Positions 1-12,833 of a DNA stretch of 64,000 nucleotides are shown here, one piece after another. Numbering within the stretch: the stretch's first letter is position 1; each line of letters starts with the position of its first letter. Position numbers and translations under genes: made by a program. This DNA is from Chrysomallon squamiferum (taxonomy: Eukaryota; Animalia; Mollusca): positions 7,192,001 to 7,256,000 of the forward strand of contig CM022677.1 in the NCBI GenBank assembly GCA_012295275.1. Direction: 5' to 3'. The notes under the pieces were generated by a model. The model was not told the DNA's origin. It saw only the letters and a list, made by a program, of their open reading frames with translations, and ran no database searches.

Positions 1-832
1 ACACAGACAACACATCAGTGCAGGACGGTGAAACACAGACAACACACATCAGTGCAGGACTGTGAAACACACACAACACATCAGAGCAGGACGGTGAAAC
101 ACAGACAACACATCAGTGCAGGACTGTGAAGCACACGCAACACATCAGTGCAGGACGGTGAAACACAGACAACACATCAGTGCACGACTGTGAAGCACAC
201 GCAACACATCAGTACAGGACGGTGAAACACACAACACATCAGTGCAGGACGGTGAAACACACAACACATCAGTGCAGGACGGTGAAACACAGACAACACA
301 TCAGTGCAGGACTGTGAAGCACACGCAACACATCAGGGCAGGACGGTGAAACACACAACACATCAGTACAGGACGGTGAAACACAGACAATACATCAGTG
401 CAGGACGGTGAAACACAGACAACACATCAGTGCAGGACGGTGAAACACACAACACATCAGTGCAGGACGGTGAAACACAGACAACACATCAGTGCAGGAC
501 TGTGAAGCACACGCAACACATCAGGGCAGGACGGTGAAACACACGCAACACATCAGTGCAGGACGGTGAAACACACACAACACATCAGTGCAGGACGGTG
601 AAACACACAACACATCAGTGCAGGACGGTGAAACACAGACAACACATCAGTGCAGGACGGTGAAACACAGACAACACATCAGTGCAGGACTGTGAAGCAC
701 GCGCAACACATCAGTGCAGGACGGTGAAACACACACAACACATCAGTGCAGGACGGTGAAACTCACACACATACACATCAATGCAGGATGGTGATGAAAC
801 ACACACACATACACACAAAAACATCAGTGCAG
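1..832. repeat. Minisatellite with 30-34 bp unit (consensus ACACAGACAACACATCAGTGCAGGACGGTGAA), about 25 copies, truncated by the window start
   Basis: Direct head-to-tail repetition of CAACACATCAGTGCAGGAC(G/T)GTGAA; units differ only in the AC-rich linker; the last units degenerate near 760-832. Confidence 0.95.
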
Positions 833-1259
833 GTTAACAATACGCCTTATTTCCAGAACTATCCTGTTATCTTTCTGTTCCTGTTAAAATGATTGTGACA
901 ATGTATTTTCTCACGTGTCTGAAATGTTGCCAGCGAAGTAATATACTAAAACCAGACCTGCAATCAAATAGACTGACTTCAGTGTTATAACGATCAACAA
1001 ATTTTAACACGCCCGATATATAGGTTTTTGTATTATGTATAGTAGGGTTAGCATTAAAACAGTTTTGATATTGAGAAGCGCGGGGGCAGGGGGAGCAGTC
1101 CGTGATATAGATATGTTTATATAATATAATATAATATAATATAATATAATATAATATAATATAATACATATATAGCTACAAATCAAAGGATTTTAATACT
1201 AACATTTCTGATATAGAAATATTAACATAACTACCATCTGCGGACCTCTGTCCAGGAAA

Positions 1260-1492
1260 AGATGGAGAAACCGTAAACCTGTACATTTTACAAAACCATT
1301 TTAGTTCTTTACATTCTTTTATTTTGTTTTTTTTATACAATATTTATCATTTATACATATATTTTTCTTGTTTAAAAATACGTTACAAAAAACTGGGGTG
1401 ATTTTGGGGGTGATGGAACGGATTTATTGTATTTCAATTAATTTCATTTGGGAAAATTGATTTGATATATGAGAAAATTGAGTTAGGAACTC
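1260..1492 (+). mobile_element. Terminal fragment of a Tigger/pogo-like non-autonomous DNA transposon, copy 1
   Basis: Alignable by eye to 17924-18185 (GATGGA..AAACC...TTCTTTACATTC...TGGGGTG...GGGAAAATTGATTTGAT..GAG.AAATTGAGTTA.GA.CT). The family call is from recalled resemblance to pogo-type ends. Confidence 0.55.
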
Positions 1493-1764
1493 CTAAGTAT
1501 ATATATATATATATATATATTATTAATAAGTAAATTTATTTCTAAACATAGGTATCAGTACAAAAAAAGAAGAAAGACATAACACCTGAATGATACCAGG
1601 TATTTATGATGGCAGTTTGAAGAACTAATGAAGTGATAGCAATACGTATATTTATATTCGCACAAGCAGGAAAAGTTAATATTCTTAATTTTTTTTTCAT
1701 AAAGAGTTGTGGTCCTTGTCATTTTAGTTTTTACTCCATGGCTTTACAACCAGACACCGTTATT

Positions 1765-2162
1765 GTGACACATAAACATATATCACACACACAAACACAC
1801 ACACACACACACACATTCATAAACACATATAGACATATATATATACACATATGTACACTCATATGCACACATACACACATCAAACACATGCACAAACACA
1901 TTCATAAACATATATTCACATATATACACACATATACACACATATACACATCAAACACATACACATAAATATATGTACACACATACACAGATGTACATAG
2001 ATACACACATACACACATACATGGATGCACATACACACGTTTACACACATACACACACATATATATTTACACATATACACACATACACAGACACATACAG
2101 ACACACACATACACGCACATACACAGACATACAAACATATATATATACAGACAAACATACAT
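1765..2162. repeat. Degenerate (CA/TA)n low-complexity tract
   Basis: AC/AT dinucleotide mosaic; source of the His/Thr and Val/Cys ORFs. Confidence 0.9.
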
Positions 2163-2344
2163 TTACTGTATTCAGTAATATTTTTAATAAATGTATAATA
2201 TTTTTCCAGTGTACACGTTTTCTGTAGAGTTACTAATTCAATAAAGATTTGGTTTTTATTTCTGATATATATATACCTGTGATTTTGAAATAATTAAATT
2301 ACTTTGGAATAAAAGCCCTCTTCGGAGATTATAATTTATTCAGC

Positions 2345-2380
<36 letters not shown>

Positions 2381-2599
2381 TATAATAAAATTCTATTTTT
2401 GCAGTTAGTTCATTACGTTTTCGTAGATTCAACAAGTATGACTGTTGAAAAACGTCCCTAAAATCATCAAGGTTTGAAATCTTTACTTTCTACTTCATAA
2501 AGTAATTTTATTCTAAATAGCTTGCCAGAATTTTGTGCAGGGATTATATTATTATTAAAATGACTGGATATAAAACTGGATTAAGGCAAAATAAATAAA

Positions 2600-2856
<257 letters not shown>

Positions 2857-3891
2857 ATTTATTGCATTAGTAACTCTACAGGAGACGTGTACACTGGAAA
2901 AACGTAACTTAAGTGATTAAACAGTTATAATTCACTCCACTCTGTAATATCTGACCTGGCAAACAGAGGCAAAACAGGTTGTCGATCCATGAGAGATTTG
3001 TTGTGTTTAATTAATCTCAGAAATCTCAATTGTATGGAATGACATAAGAATTATTATTATTAACATGTATATATATATATAATCATTATCTAATATGTGG
3101 TATTACCTGTTCCCCTGTAAATCTGTTGGCGGTCGAATCAAAACTAAACATCTAAATAAAACCTAAAACGCAATAGAGATTATGCCACCTGTCATGTTAG
3201 TACTTTTAATCTGTACTGATGATCGGGTTATTAACTCACGCGGTGTATCTTGCTTCGCAGTTTCTTAGCCTCTTTTATACAAAGTTTAAGGCTTGGTGTA
3301 ACTTTAACAATAAAATGTATTATATCTATTTAATCACATACCCCTAGCACTCAAGTTATGTGCACGCGATTCCTGTAGAGCTATTAATTCAGTTCAGATT
3401 TCGTTTTGATTTGTGGTAAGTGATATATGTATATCTGTGTGTGGGTGTGCATTATATGTGTATGTGTATGTATGTATGTTATTTATACGGTTAGAGTTGA
3501 GATTTTGTCAGTGATCTAGAAAACAGAGACGTAGAATATGAATTTCCCGGTAAAATAATCTGAATTGTATTTTAGTGTGCAAAATAATTCACTGTAGTTT
3601 CTTCATAATCTACAGAATGTGAAAACTAAGAGTTTATTTAATTTATTTATTTCAAAACTTAATAAAAACAAATAATTACCGGTTAATATTGACTGTAATT
3701 AATAATAAAAAAATAAATACTGCTTAAATCAAGTAAATTTTATGAGTATATATATATAAATATAATTTTGTTTAAATAGAATGTGTATATGTTTGTGTTG
3801 CACTGTCTCTGTCACTATATATATGCGAGTATATAGATAGATAGATAGATGCATGTGTGTGACTTAAAGTGTGGGAATGAATTTATTTTAG

Positions 3892-3989
3892 CATGAAAAG
3901 TATGACGATGGGACTGGAACGTTCGCCAACGACATTTCCATTTTATATCTCTCATAGTATTGATGATGATCATTTTGATGATGATGATG

Positions 3990-4038
<49 letters not shown>

Positions 4039-4633
4039 CAACAATAACAATGATGATAACAACAAGTATCGCAGCAGCATTTAAACTGAATTAAGTAAAA
4101 TAGTTTCAGATGGCAACGCGTTAGTAGACGACCTGACATATCTGGTTCTGAACGTCAAAACAAAATGAACGACGTGTACGAGCTGACGATACGCGACATG
4201 CACCTCAGCATCATCACAGCGGGCAGAAATGGTGGAACTTGCACAGTAATAACAATATTTATTTATTTATTTATTTATTTATATTTTTCGGGGCTGAAAT
4301 GAAGTTACTTGCACAGAAATAATAATAATAGTAATAATTTTATTATTATTATTATTATTATTATAGAAACATTATTTATCGTTTTGCCTGTGTGTACATG
4401 TTTGTGTGTGTGTGTATGTGTGTGTGTGTGTGTGTGTGTTAATATTATTTTTTTTATCAATATTATTTTTGTCATGAGTGTTTTCGTTTATTATTTTGCC
4501 AGGGTGATAGTGGTGGACCGTTGAAATGTGGAGGTGATATAGCTGGGGTGACATCATGGGGCAGGGGGAGTGCCAGCCTGATTATCTTATCATGCGTGTT
4601 CAGTTATTTTACGACTGGATTTCTCGACACTAA
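3892..4633 (+). pseudogene. Trypsin/chymotrypsin-family (S1A) serine protease, last three exons, disabled
   Basis: Exon from 3892 after TTTTAG reads HEKYDDGTGTFANDISILYLS* (catalytic-Asp NDI motif, then a stop and GAT/AAT repeat). Exon 4110-4245 reads DGNALVDDL../..IRDMHLSIITAGRNGGTCT then GTAAT. Exon from 4503 after CCAG reads GDSGGPLKCGGDIAGVTSWG then a frameshifted ECQPDY..RV.SYF.DWISRH*. Confidence 0.88.
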
Positions 4634-4759
4634 ACAAAACGTCTTAGTTTTATTACTAAATAAGCAAAATGGTACTTGCTATTTATGTGTTGTTGTTTGT
4701 TTTATTTTTAACCAGTAAATTTATTAGTTGTTCCATGTAAGCTAGTGGTACATGTAGCA

Positions 4760-5372
4760 TGTAAATTCTGTTAATACTGTTTTTCAGCCTTGTGGAAACA
4801 TCACGTTCTTTAAATAATATGAGAGATAAGCCGTGACGTGTCACTGGAAGTGGGAGGAGTTTACTCCGCGAAGTAAAAAATATAACGAGATGTATTCACT
4901 AAGCTAATGGGATAATTGGAACCACGATCTAACACACATATAATGGTGATAGCAGGTGTTCAGGGGACTAGGGCAGGGGGTGGATAAAATTCAAAACGGG
5001 TGAGCGCACCTACCCCTGGCTGACAGCCCGTGGTTAGGGTCCAGGCAGGGGGAGGTGAGATGCATATGCATGCACCCCGCCCTATCTCAGAAGCACGCCC
5101 TCAGACACCTTGCGAAGGTACCAGAACCAAGTTGAATGTTCAAAGTTTCTTGTCAGCATGTGAATCCAGTCTGTTTTCGAGGTTCCATTTATCCCGTAAG
5201 GATAATTAGTGGACGTAAGCTTAGTCAGTACATCTCACGTAAGGGACATAACTCTAATCTATGTTTGTGAACACATCACTAAAGGGAAATAATTCTAATC
5301 GATATTTTTTAAATACATGTAAATACTGTTTCTCAGGCTTGTGGAAAAATCACGTTCTTTATTAATATTATG
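4760..5372 (+). repeat. GC-rich dispersed element bounded by a ~55 bp direct repeat (AATACTGTTT(T/C)TCAG(C/G)CTTGTGGAAA(C/A)ATCACGTTCTTTA)
   Basis: Direct repeats near 4773 and 5322; the core GACTAGGGCAGGGGG...AAAACGGGTGAGC...CCCGCCCTA..GAAGCA recurs at 39045-39150. Confidence 0.6.
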
Positions 5373-5529
5373 GTCACGTGACAGGTAGGCAGAAATGTGC
5401 AAACGGCTAAGTTTTGACTGGCGTCTAACTATTAATAAGCAACTAGTCACTATTTGTAAAAACTAGAAAAATTGTTAAACAGGTGGCGTGGCAGGTGCGG
5501 AACTATATGCGGTAGGGTATGGTTTTAAG

Positions 5530-5917
5530 AACATTAGCTATGTCAAAACTAACTCATATTTTTACCGGCCGTCAAATCCACCTAAAGAATATATATTAAA
5601 ATTAAATAAAATGATTTTCTCATTTATATGGAAAGATGGTCCAGGTAGAATTACACGCTCAGTTATTACAAAAAAAATATACCGAGGGTGGGTTAAAAAT
5701 GGTTGAAACATTAACATTCATTAAAACTTTAAAAGTTTTCTTGTTAAGACGCTACTTTCAATCGGACAGCAAATGGAAATGGTTTTTAAATAAGTATATA
5801 GATAATCTAGCTTTATCTACACTCGGAGCCAATGTTGGTGAAAATATATATATAAAGTTCAAAAATCCTTTTTGGAATGATTTATTGAATGTGTGCAAAG
5901 TCTTGCGCAAAAATTAA
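5530..5917 (+). mobile_element. L1/Tx1-clade LINE ORF2 fragment (region downstream of RT), frameshifted
   Basis: Joined frames read NPPKEYILKLNKMIFSFIWKDGPGRITRSVITKKY/TEGGLKMVETLTFIKTLKVFLLRRY..DSKWK..KNPFW, matching the FIW..RI..GGL motif series of L1/Tx1 ORF2. Confidence 0.85.
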
Positions 5918-6400
5918 AACAAAAATGTAACGTGGAACCCTTTTAGATAATAAATAGTAATTCACAGCCCTGAAATGTAGAAATGCATTGTCCGACAATT
6001 AGAATAAAATCAAAGAAAAAATAAAGAATTAAAAAAAAGTATCTGTGATGTTAAGACACAAGTACACTTATATTAAAAACTGGCAACGTCTCACACACAC
6101 ACACACACACATACACACAAAAACAAGACGACTTATTACATATTAATTCACTGAGTTAAAATATATAAACTTCGAATAAAATAGACTATCTTGTCATATT
6201 TTGTATTGTTTTACTTAATTAAATTGTATAATGAAAATGTAAAAAATTCACCACATTGATGTAACATGCTATTCAGTATTTTCCTAATTCATTATTATTA
6301 TTATTATATTTTAACTGTATATAGTGGACTCTATCGGGAATCTATTATTAACAAAAACTAATCTAATCAGGATGAATCCGGGTGTAAATTTCAGAACAAC

Positions 6401-6755
6401 AGAAAAGTTTATATAGTAATTACATTGTTAACAAGGCACGCAGTTTTCTAAGTATTATCATTTGTTAAAGAAAAGTTTATATAGTAATTACATTGTTAAC
6501 AACGGCTCGCAGTGTTCTAAATATTCTCATTTGTTAAAGAAAAGTTTATATAGTAATTACATTGTTAAGAAAGTCTCGCAGTTTTCTAAGTATCATCTTT
6601 TGTTAAAGAAAAATAGTAATTACTATTGTTAACAACAGTTTTCTCTAAAATCATATAAAGAATGATCAATTTGAATTTGTTAAAGAAAAAGTTTATATAG
6701 TAATTATTATTGTTAACAACGGCTCGCAGTGTTCTAAATATTCGATCATTTGTTT
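6401..6755. repeat. Tandem repeat, ~68 bp unit (AGAAAAGTTTATATAGTAATTACATTGTTAACAA..CGCAGT.TTCTAA.TATT.TCATTTGTTAA), about 5 copies
   Basis: Unit starts at 6401, 6469 and 6538, with degenerate copies near 6607 and 6684. Confidence 0.9.
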
Positions 6756-7876
6756 TTCGCTGACAGTTAACCTTTAACGTTTGTTAATATTCCAGTTTTG
6801 TATTATTTTAATCTTTATAAATCTGTATTTATTTTTTATTATTTATATTTTAGTTATTTATCACATATTAACAGACACGCCATATTGTTATTATTATGTA
6901 AATTGATATATGCTATTCCTAGAACGTACCTACATATTCACATTTATTACTCTTTATACAGCTATATACGACGTTTCGTTTTCAGCGATTTTCTGTGGTG
7001 TGCAATGACGTACACCGAGGATCCCATAAACAGAACAAAGAAACAAACTATAGCTGAAGGGACATTACTCTCATATGATAATAATTTTGTTTTGTGTGGT
7101 GCGGGATTCCTGCTGTTATTTGCGGTATTTGTTATTTATGGATTTTGCAGATAAATGTAGATCCTAAAAATCACGAAGAGTTGATTTCTTTATATATATA
7201 CAGGTAATAGTAGAATATTTCTTTCTTGAAAGACTCGAGTTTAATTTTTTTGATAGTTTTCAAGGGCAGATAATCGAAAATGAATTTTAAATTGATCAAT
7301 CAACAGACTAATTTAGTCAATTTTGAATTTTCATTTAAATTATTATTTAATTATATTTTACTTTTCAGGTTTATTATTTAAATATGTATTTTCAAAAACA
7401 TAATTTTCATTTAAATTATATAACTTACAACATCATAATGGCAACAGCAACAATAATAAAAAAGAAAAGGATAATAATAATAACAATACATTTTTTTCTT
7501 AAAAATTAAAAAAATATTGACATGAAGGAAGTAACAAATTTGTATCTGAATAAAATTTACTGGTATATTTCCTTCATAATCTGTGGAAAATCTGAGATTC
7601 ATTTCAGTCATTTGGCAAACAGAAGACTGAATATCTCATACAGTTTCAAACCAGTATATACGTGTTTTATATCAAAATGACGATTTCTAAAGGTCTACAG
7701 TATTTTTAAGCATGATGCAGAAATTAACAAATGTTAATTAATTGCACTAAATTGCTCAGATGTACCTTACAGTTTAATTATTAATTTCCAAATTTAAGTA
7801 ACTGTTAATTCATTTATTTGTATGAAATCTGGCAGAATATAAAGGAAACTATAAACGTGTATGTCAATTCTCCATT

Positions 7877-7907
<31 letters not shown>

Positions 7908-8029
7908 ATGAATAACAGCTGAATGCTTTTAGTTTCAATATTTATATTTGATTATCTACAAAAGTTCTGACATTGTTTACTTTTTGTGTATAAATAATTA
8001 TTGTTCTCGGATAAGATGGCTGCCATCCA

Positions 8030-8670
8030 TCATGTGGCAATTTTGTGTAAGATTCTTCGAACATCAAATAAACAGTAAATCCCTAAACACCGGCAGTCAT
8101 CCCCCATTTTGCGGGCAACAACAAAACAAATAAAATAAATAAAGGAACACAATAACCTTTATTAAGATATATTATACTAATTATAAACCGATATGGTTCT
8201 TTTTTTTTTTTATTTTTATTTTTATTTTATTTTGTTTTATTTTATTTTTTAATCTTATTATTAGCCAATCATAAATTCGAAAAGACCGTAAATCATCGGG
8301 CATTTTTCCTCAACTACAATACTAAAATTAAAAAAATATATATATAAAAAAAAAAAAAAGAGTTCAAAACAAATAAAATAAATAAAGGAACATAATAACC
8401 GTTATTAAAATATAAGTCGATATGGTTCTTTTTTCAAATAAACGGTGTTGTTATTTATTTTTTCACCCTATTTTTTCTTTCTTCTTCTTAATTTGTGTTA
8501 ATGCACCAAATAAAATCACAAAACTTAGAATTCACACTACAATAAGTTGCTAATTATTCCCCGGAGTTTACCAAGGTTTGATATAGGTCTGAAGAAATGG
8601 TCTGAAAAAAAAAAAAAATAATAATAAAATAAAATAAATAATAATTTTCCTTTGTTTTATAAGCATCGCA
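8030..8670 (+). repeat. Dispersed repeat, copy 1 (same-orientation copy at ~32125-32635); probable non-autonomous element
   Basis: Shares AAGATTCTTCGAACATCAAATAAA.AGTAAATCC, CAAATAAACGGTGTTG and TTAATGCACCAAATAAAAT..CTTAGAA.TCACACTACAATAAGTTGC. Confidence 0.85.
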
Positions 8671-8959
8671 TTTTAAACTGCGTAGGCTGTGTAAGATATC
8701 TCATATTACTGTCATTACTAAAACTAATGTTTACTGTTATGTAAACTGAGTATGCGTTAAAAGAACAAATGATCTCATCAAACAATTCATAATGGCACTA
8801 CATTTAAACTTTATTTCTCTTAAAACAAAAATGTGTGTGTACGATCAATATTTGAACCTATTCGATCATCTGTTATGAGTAACAAATAGAAACTAATCAA
8901 ATGAAGGGTATATTCACATTTTCGTGTCTTTTCCTGGCGTGCTGAAATGTTAAATAAAA

Positions 8960-9905
8960 ATATATGAAAGTAAATACGTTTTAATATATTTGTGAAGTTT
9001 CAATAATAAGTAAAATTATTTCAAAATAATTAATTTTATAATTGAGACACACACAAACACATTTATGTATGTGATTTTTAAAAAAAAATTTGGAATGCCT
9101 ATATTTAGAAAATGGCTTAGGAATTTTATTTTAAAAAATAATCATTTTCTAATTTCATTCGAATTTATTTCATCTGTATAACAAAGCTTTAAATCCAATT
9201 CGCTAGGTCTCCGCTGTTTTTTACTAAACATTTATTCGTCCACATAAAACATTTTAAAATTGTATACAAAAGCATTCGGGATTTTACAGAAATACACTTC
9301 TAGAACAATATATTTATAAATACTTTTAAAACATTTAAAAAATTGTTTACATAGTATCCTTTTTTTTTTCTTTTTTTTTTTTGGTATCTATAAATAAAAG
9401 TGTAACCTCTCAAAATAGTAACAAATTATTCTGATCTGATGTAGTAAACACAGCAGTAAAATTTCAGTTGAGAAATATCACATTACTATCACAGGTGCTA
9501 ATGAAATGTCATTTTTATCTGGTTGCGATATTTTATTCCTGAATATTCACTGCACTTCCAACTAAAAATATTAAGATGAATATCACTTCATATATAATTA
9601 ATTATTTGCTAATATTTCAAGTGTAACCTCAGCGTTTGAATACACACCTGTCTAGAAAAAGAAAATCAATATTGAATTATCAGTACGATCTCAAGTGCAG
9701 CTAAAAACTAATCCTGATTTTGTTAGTAACAGAGAATTGGAATCTGGAAACCCTCTTTATTTCTGAATTTCTAAACTATCCTTCTTGAATGAGATGATAT
9801 ATGAAAGTAAATATGTTTTAATACATTTGTGAAATTTCAATAATAAATAAAGGTATTTCAAAATAATTAATTTTATAACCGAGACACACACAAACTTATG
9901 TATGT
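8960..9905. repeat. Pair of ~110 bp direct repeats (8960-9072 and 9797-9905)
   Basis: TATATGAAAGTAAATA.GTTTTAATA.ATTTGTGAA.TTTCAATAATAA...TTCAAAATAATTAATTTTATAA..GAGACACACACAAAC occurs twice. Confidence 0.85.
9385..9651 (-). pseudogene. Highly decayed exon, possibly a further paralogue of the Ig exon at 14318-13996
   Basis: Strong acceptor TTTTCTTTTTCTAG at ~9652. Frame-hopped translation gives GIKY..QPDKNDI..STCDSN, similar to GIKYLRPNSGKPEEVLTCNVD. Many stops. Confidence 0.3.
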
Positions 9906-11460
9906 ATACAACAAATTATACTGAAAATTACAGGTATGATTTCACTGTGAACATTAAGAAATATAGATGGTGTTTCCGTGTTGTAATTTTTTAAAATTAG
10001 AGCAGCTTTGTATGTGATGTCAAAAATATATCGAGAAATAAAGAGAGCGCATCTAGTGTAACATTTTATAAACACTAGAACATGTTTCACCGAAAAACAC
10101 ACACAGCAGAACATTAGATACCGCTTTGAAGTGTCCGTTTTATTAACGTAACGTGATATTTTACTTTGCTAATTCGAAATTTATAATAGAAAGGTGTACT
10201 TTTACTGTACGTGGAACTTAAATATTATATAGACTACAGGAAATATTGATAACCACAGTTAATCTATTGGACATAACTGACAGTTACAAATGATAATTCT
10301 ACATGGCGTTATGAAAATAAGTGGTTTAATTACTTATAAAAAGAACAAGATGAAAATTAATTATGAGCAGTGATATTTACAGTTTGTAGGTTAAGTATGT
10401 TGAGAAATGTTAATCTCATATTTTATTAATTATCGTATATTTATATCAGGTTATATTGAAAAATATCAGATTTAATTCCCTGAAATCACGAAGGTGTGTA
10501 TTGATTAGCTGAGAACAAAGAAGGTGAACATGTTATTTTATTACGCGAAGTTTTTTTTTTTTTTTCATTACATTCATTAAAAGGTGTACATCAGCGCAAG
10601 TTGTATATTTCTTATTATAGCTGAAGTTCTCTTACTACATTAGATATTAATATATCCGCTCCCCAGAAATTATCAACGAGTCAGTGAAGCAGACACCATA
10701 GTTGTCACAGTCCTGTCTTTGTCAACAGCTAAATAACCACACCAGTAATAACACCTTAATATTTTTATTTCTTGTTTTGTTTTTATTTTTCTGTAAAAAC
10801 GGAAGCTTCCTTTATGTTTGACGCTATTCTCTTAGTTTCATTAGAACTGTTCTGAGTGCGGATATAAAAATTACTTCGAATTTTTTATTAGGCCTCGTAA
10901 AGTTATCAGAGAAAATCAGATTTATTCTTAGTATATTGTTTCTGTCGAAATAAAAAATAAATACTTCTTTTTTATAAAAGTATATAATAATGATAATAAT
11001 AATAATAATAAATTGATTTATTTATAATGTAATTACATGAGAAATCGTGAACTTTTCATAAAGCCACATTTAACTAAAGAATATCGCTGTTTACACTGAT
11101 AATGTTACCCATCGATAACAAAATAAGACGCAAGTTTTTAAACGTCTGTATTAGTTTTATGAGAAATTAAAATTACATTAATTAGAGATTATCAGTTATT
11201 TTATTGAATAAACATGGAATTTCATTCTAGATTAACTTACTTTTCTTAGTGTTTAAAAAAAATCTGACATATTCTTAATTACATAATTTGATAAATTTGA
11301 ATTTTAGATTAATCATGTAATTTCATGTAGGGAGAGATGTAAATTGTGTCGCGGAATGTCATGTTACTGCGGTCAGAAAACAAAGTATCACACTGTGACA
11401 CTGAAAGGTGCACAATTAATTTTCAGTAATATCAATAGTAAATACAACATTCATCTAGCA

Positions 11461-11940
11461 CAGAGGTTCTTAACTTTTGTTTTGTCAATGGCACACCTGG
11501 CTAAATATATATGAAAAATATTTGAATTTTGTAAAGTCATAGACGGCATACAACCATAGACCCAGCCTAGTCACAGACACCTAGAATGACTCAAACTAAA
11601 TAAAGAAAAACATAGCTATACTTCACTGCGGTGTTTCGAATTTCCCCTCAGTCAAATAGCTGGCTTCTTTAGTGAGAAATTTGGGCCTGACCTTTTTTCA
11701 TAATTTCCTCAGTGTTTAGTCGAATATGCTTTTAATTCTGAGGCACATTTTGCACCACTTCACAACAACAACTGTTAGTCTCATCAGTTTACAAGTTTTG
11801 TTGATTACATAAGATTTTCAAAATTCTCATCAATCAGGCGACACACTGAATATTCTCTCCACTGGAGCAGATCAAAATATGAAATCATTTTAGAAGAATT
11901 GTTAAATGTTTTTGAAAATTTTTTTAATAAAATACCTTGT
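11461..11940 (-). mobile_element. hAT transposon remnant (C-terminal dimerisation motif plus TIR-like end)
   Basis: Minus strand at ~11872-11840 encodes SAPVERIFSVS; CAGAGGTTCTTAAC at 11461 resembles a hAT terminal repeat downstream of it. Confidence 0.55.
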
Positions 11941-12833
11941 AAAAGTCAAGAAATACAAATGTAAATATTTTTCATTATGGAAAGGTCAAATATAAATATA
12001 AAAGTGCCAAATTAAAAGTAACAACAATGTGTTGTTAGTTTATCAGGCAGTATCAACCTGAATGTGATTATACATCTGTTTACACAATGGATAATACTCA
12101 GTTTAAGAATTTCTTACTGAAAGTCTGATATCTGATACACAAGACTGATTATACTATTTTCAGAATCTGAAAAGTGGTAGGATCAAGGTGGATACTATGA
12201 GAAGCAACTGTATCATACAGCTGTAAGTGAAAATGCAATAGTGAATGAAAAACTCTGACTCAACACCATCTACTGTTATCTATTCATCTTCTTACTAGTT
12301 ATTTTCTGTTTATTAATTTATTTTAAATGAATCACAAAACATGTTATTGCATGTCAAATTAGAATGATCTCTGTAGAAAAGTACTGGATTCCATTTGTCT
12401 TTAATTTCAACTGAAAGTCATCTTTTAACACAATTAACTCAGTTTGGTTATGGTTTCTAATTATAAATCATGACTGCATGGTATTTTTCAAAGAAAAGTC
12501 TAAGTTATTTTATATTTCTGGCACTTTATATGTTTATGTTGTCATATAAACGGTTATACCAAAATATGTCTTTATCTGTTCCACTACATGAAGGGTATGA
12601 TAATAATGCATATATACATAGATAGACAATTTGTCACCAATATCAAAAGACCATATATAACATTAATTATTTTTTTTATTGGTTTTATTTTTTAAGAACT
12701 GGAATATCAAAGTTCATTTATTGTCATCTTAGTTGAGATTTAACTTAATACAAAAATCTTTAATCCCAACATTTTATTACCGTTTTTCTTTAATGAGGAA
12801 AGAAATGTTCTACTGAAGATAATAAATCATTTG

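Noticed and set aside
1-832. Repeat array as a CRISPR array
   Set aside because: No unique spacers, as linkers are just AC-repeat variants; eukaryotic context with no cas genes
3100-3420. Possible upstream protease exons (VGGRI at ~3126, DDRVIN at ~3218, donor at ~3416)
   Set aside because: No IVGG or TAAHC motif and no coherent splice sites; too weak
6798-7203. ORF with a hydrophobic C-terminus and a possible small exon at 7151-7203
   Set aside because: AT-rich composition explains the hydrophobicity; no recognisable family or partner exons
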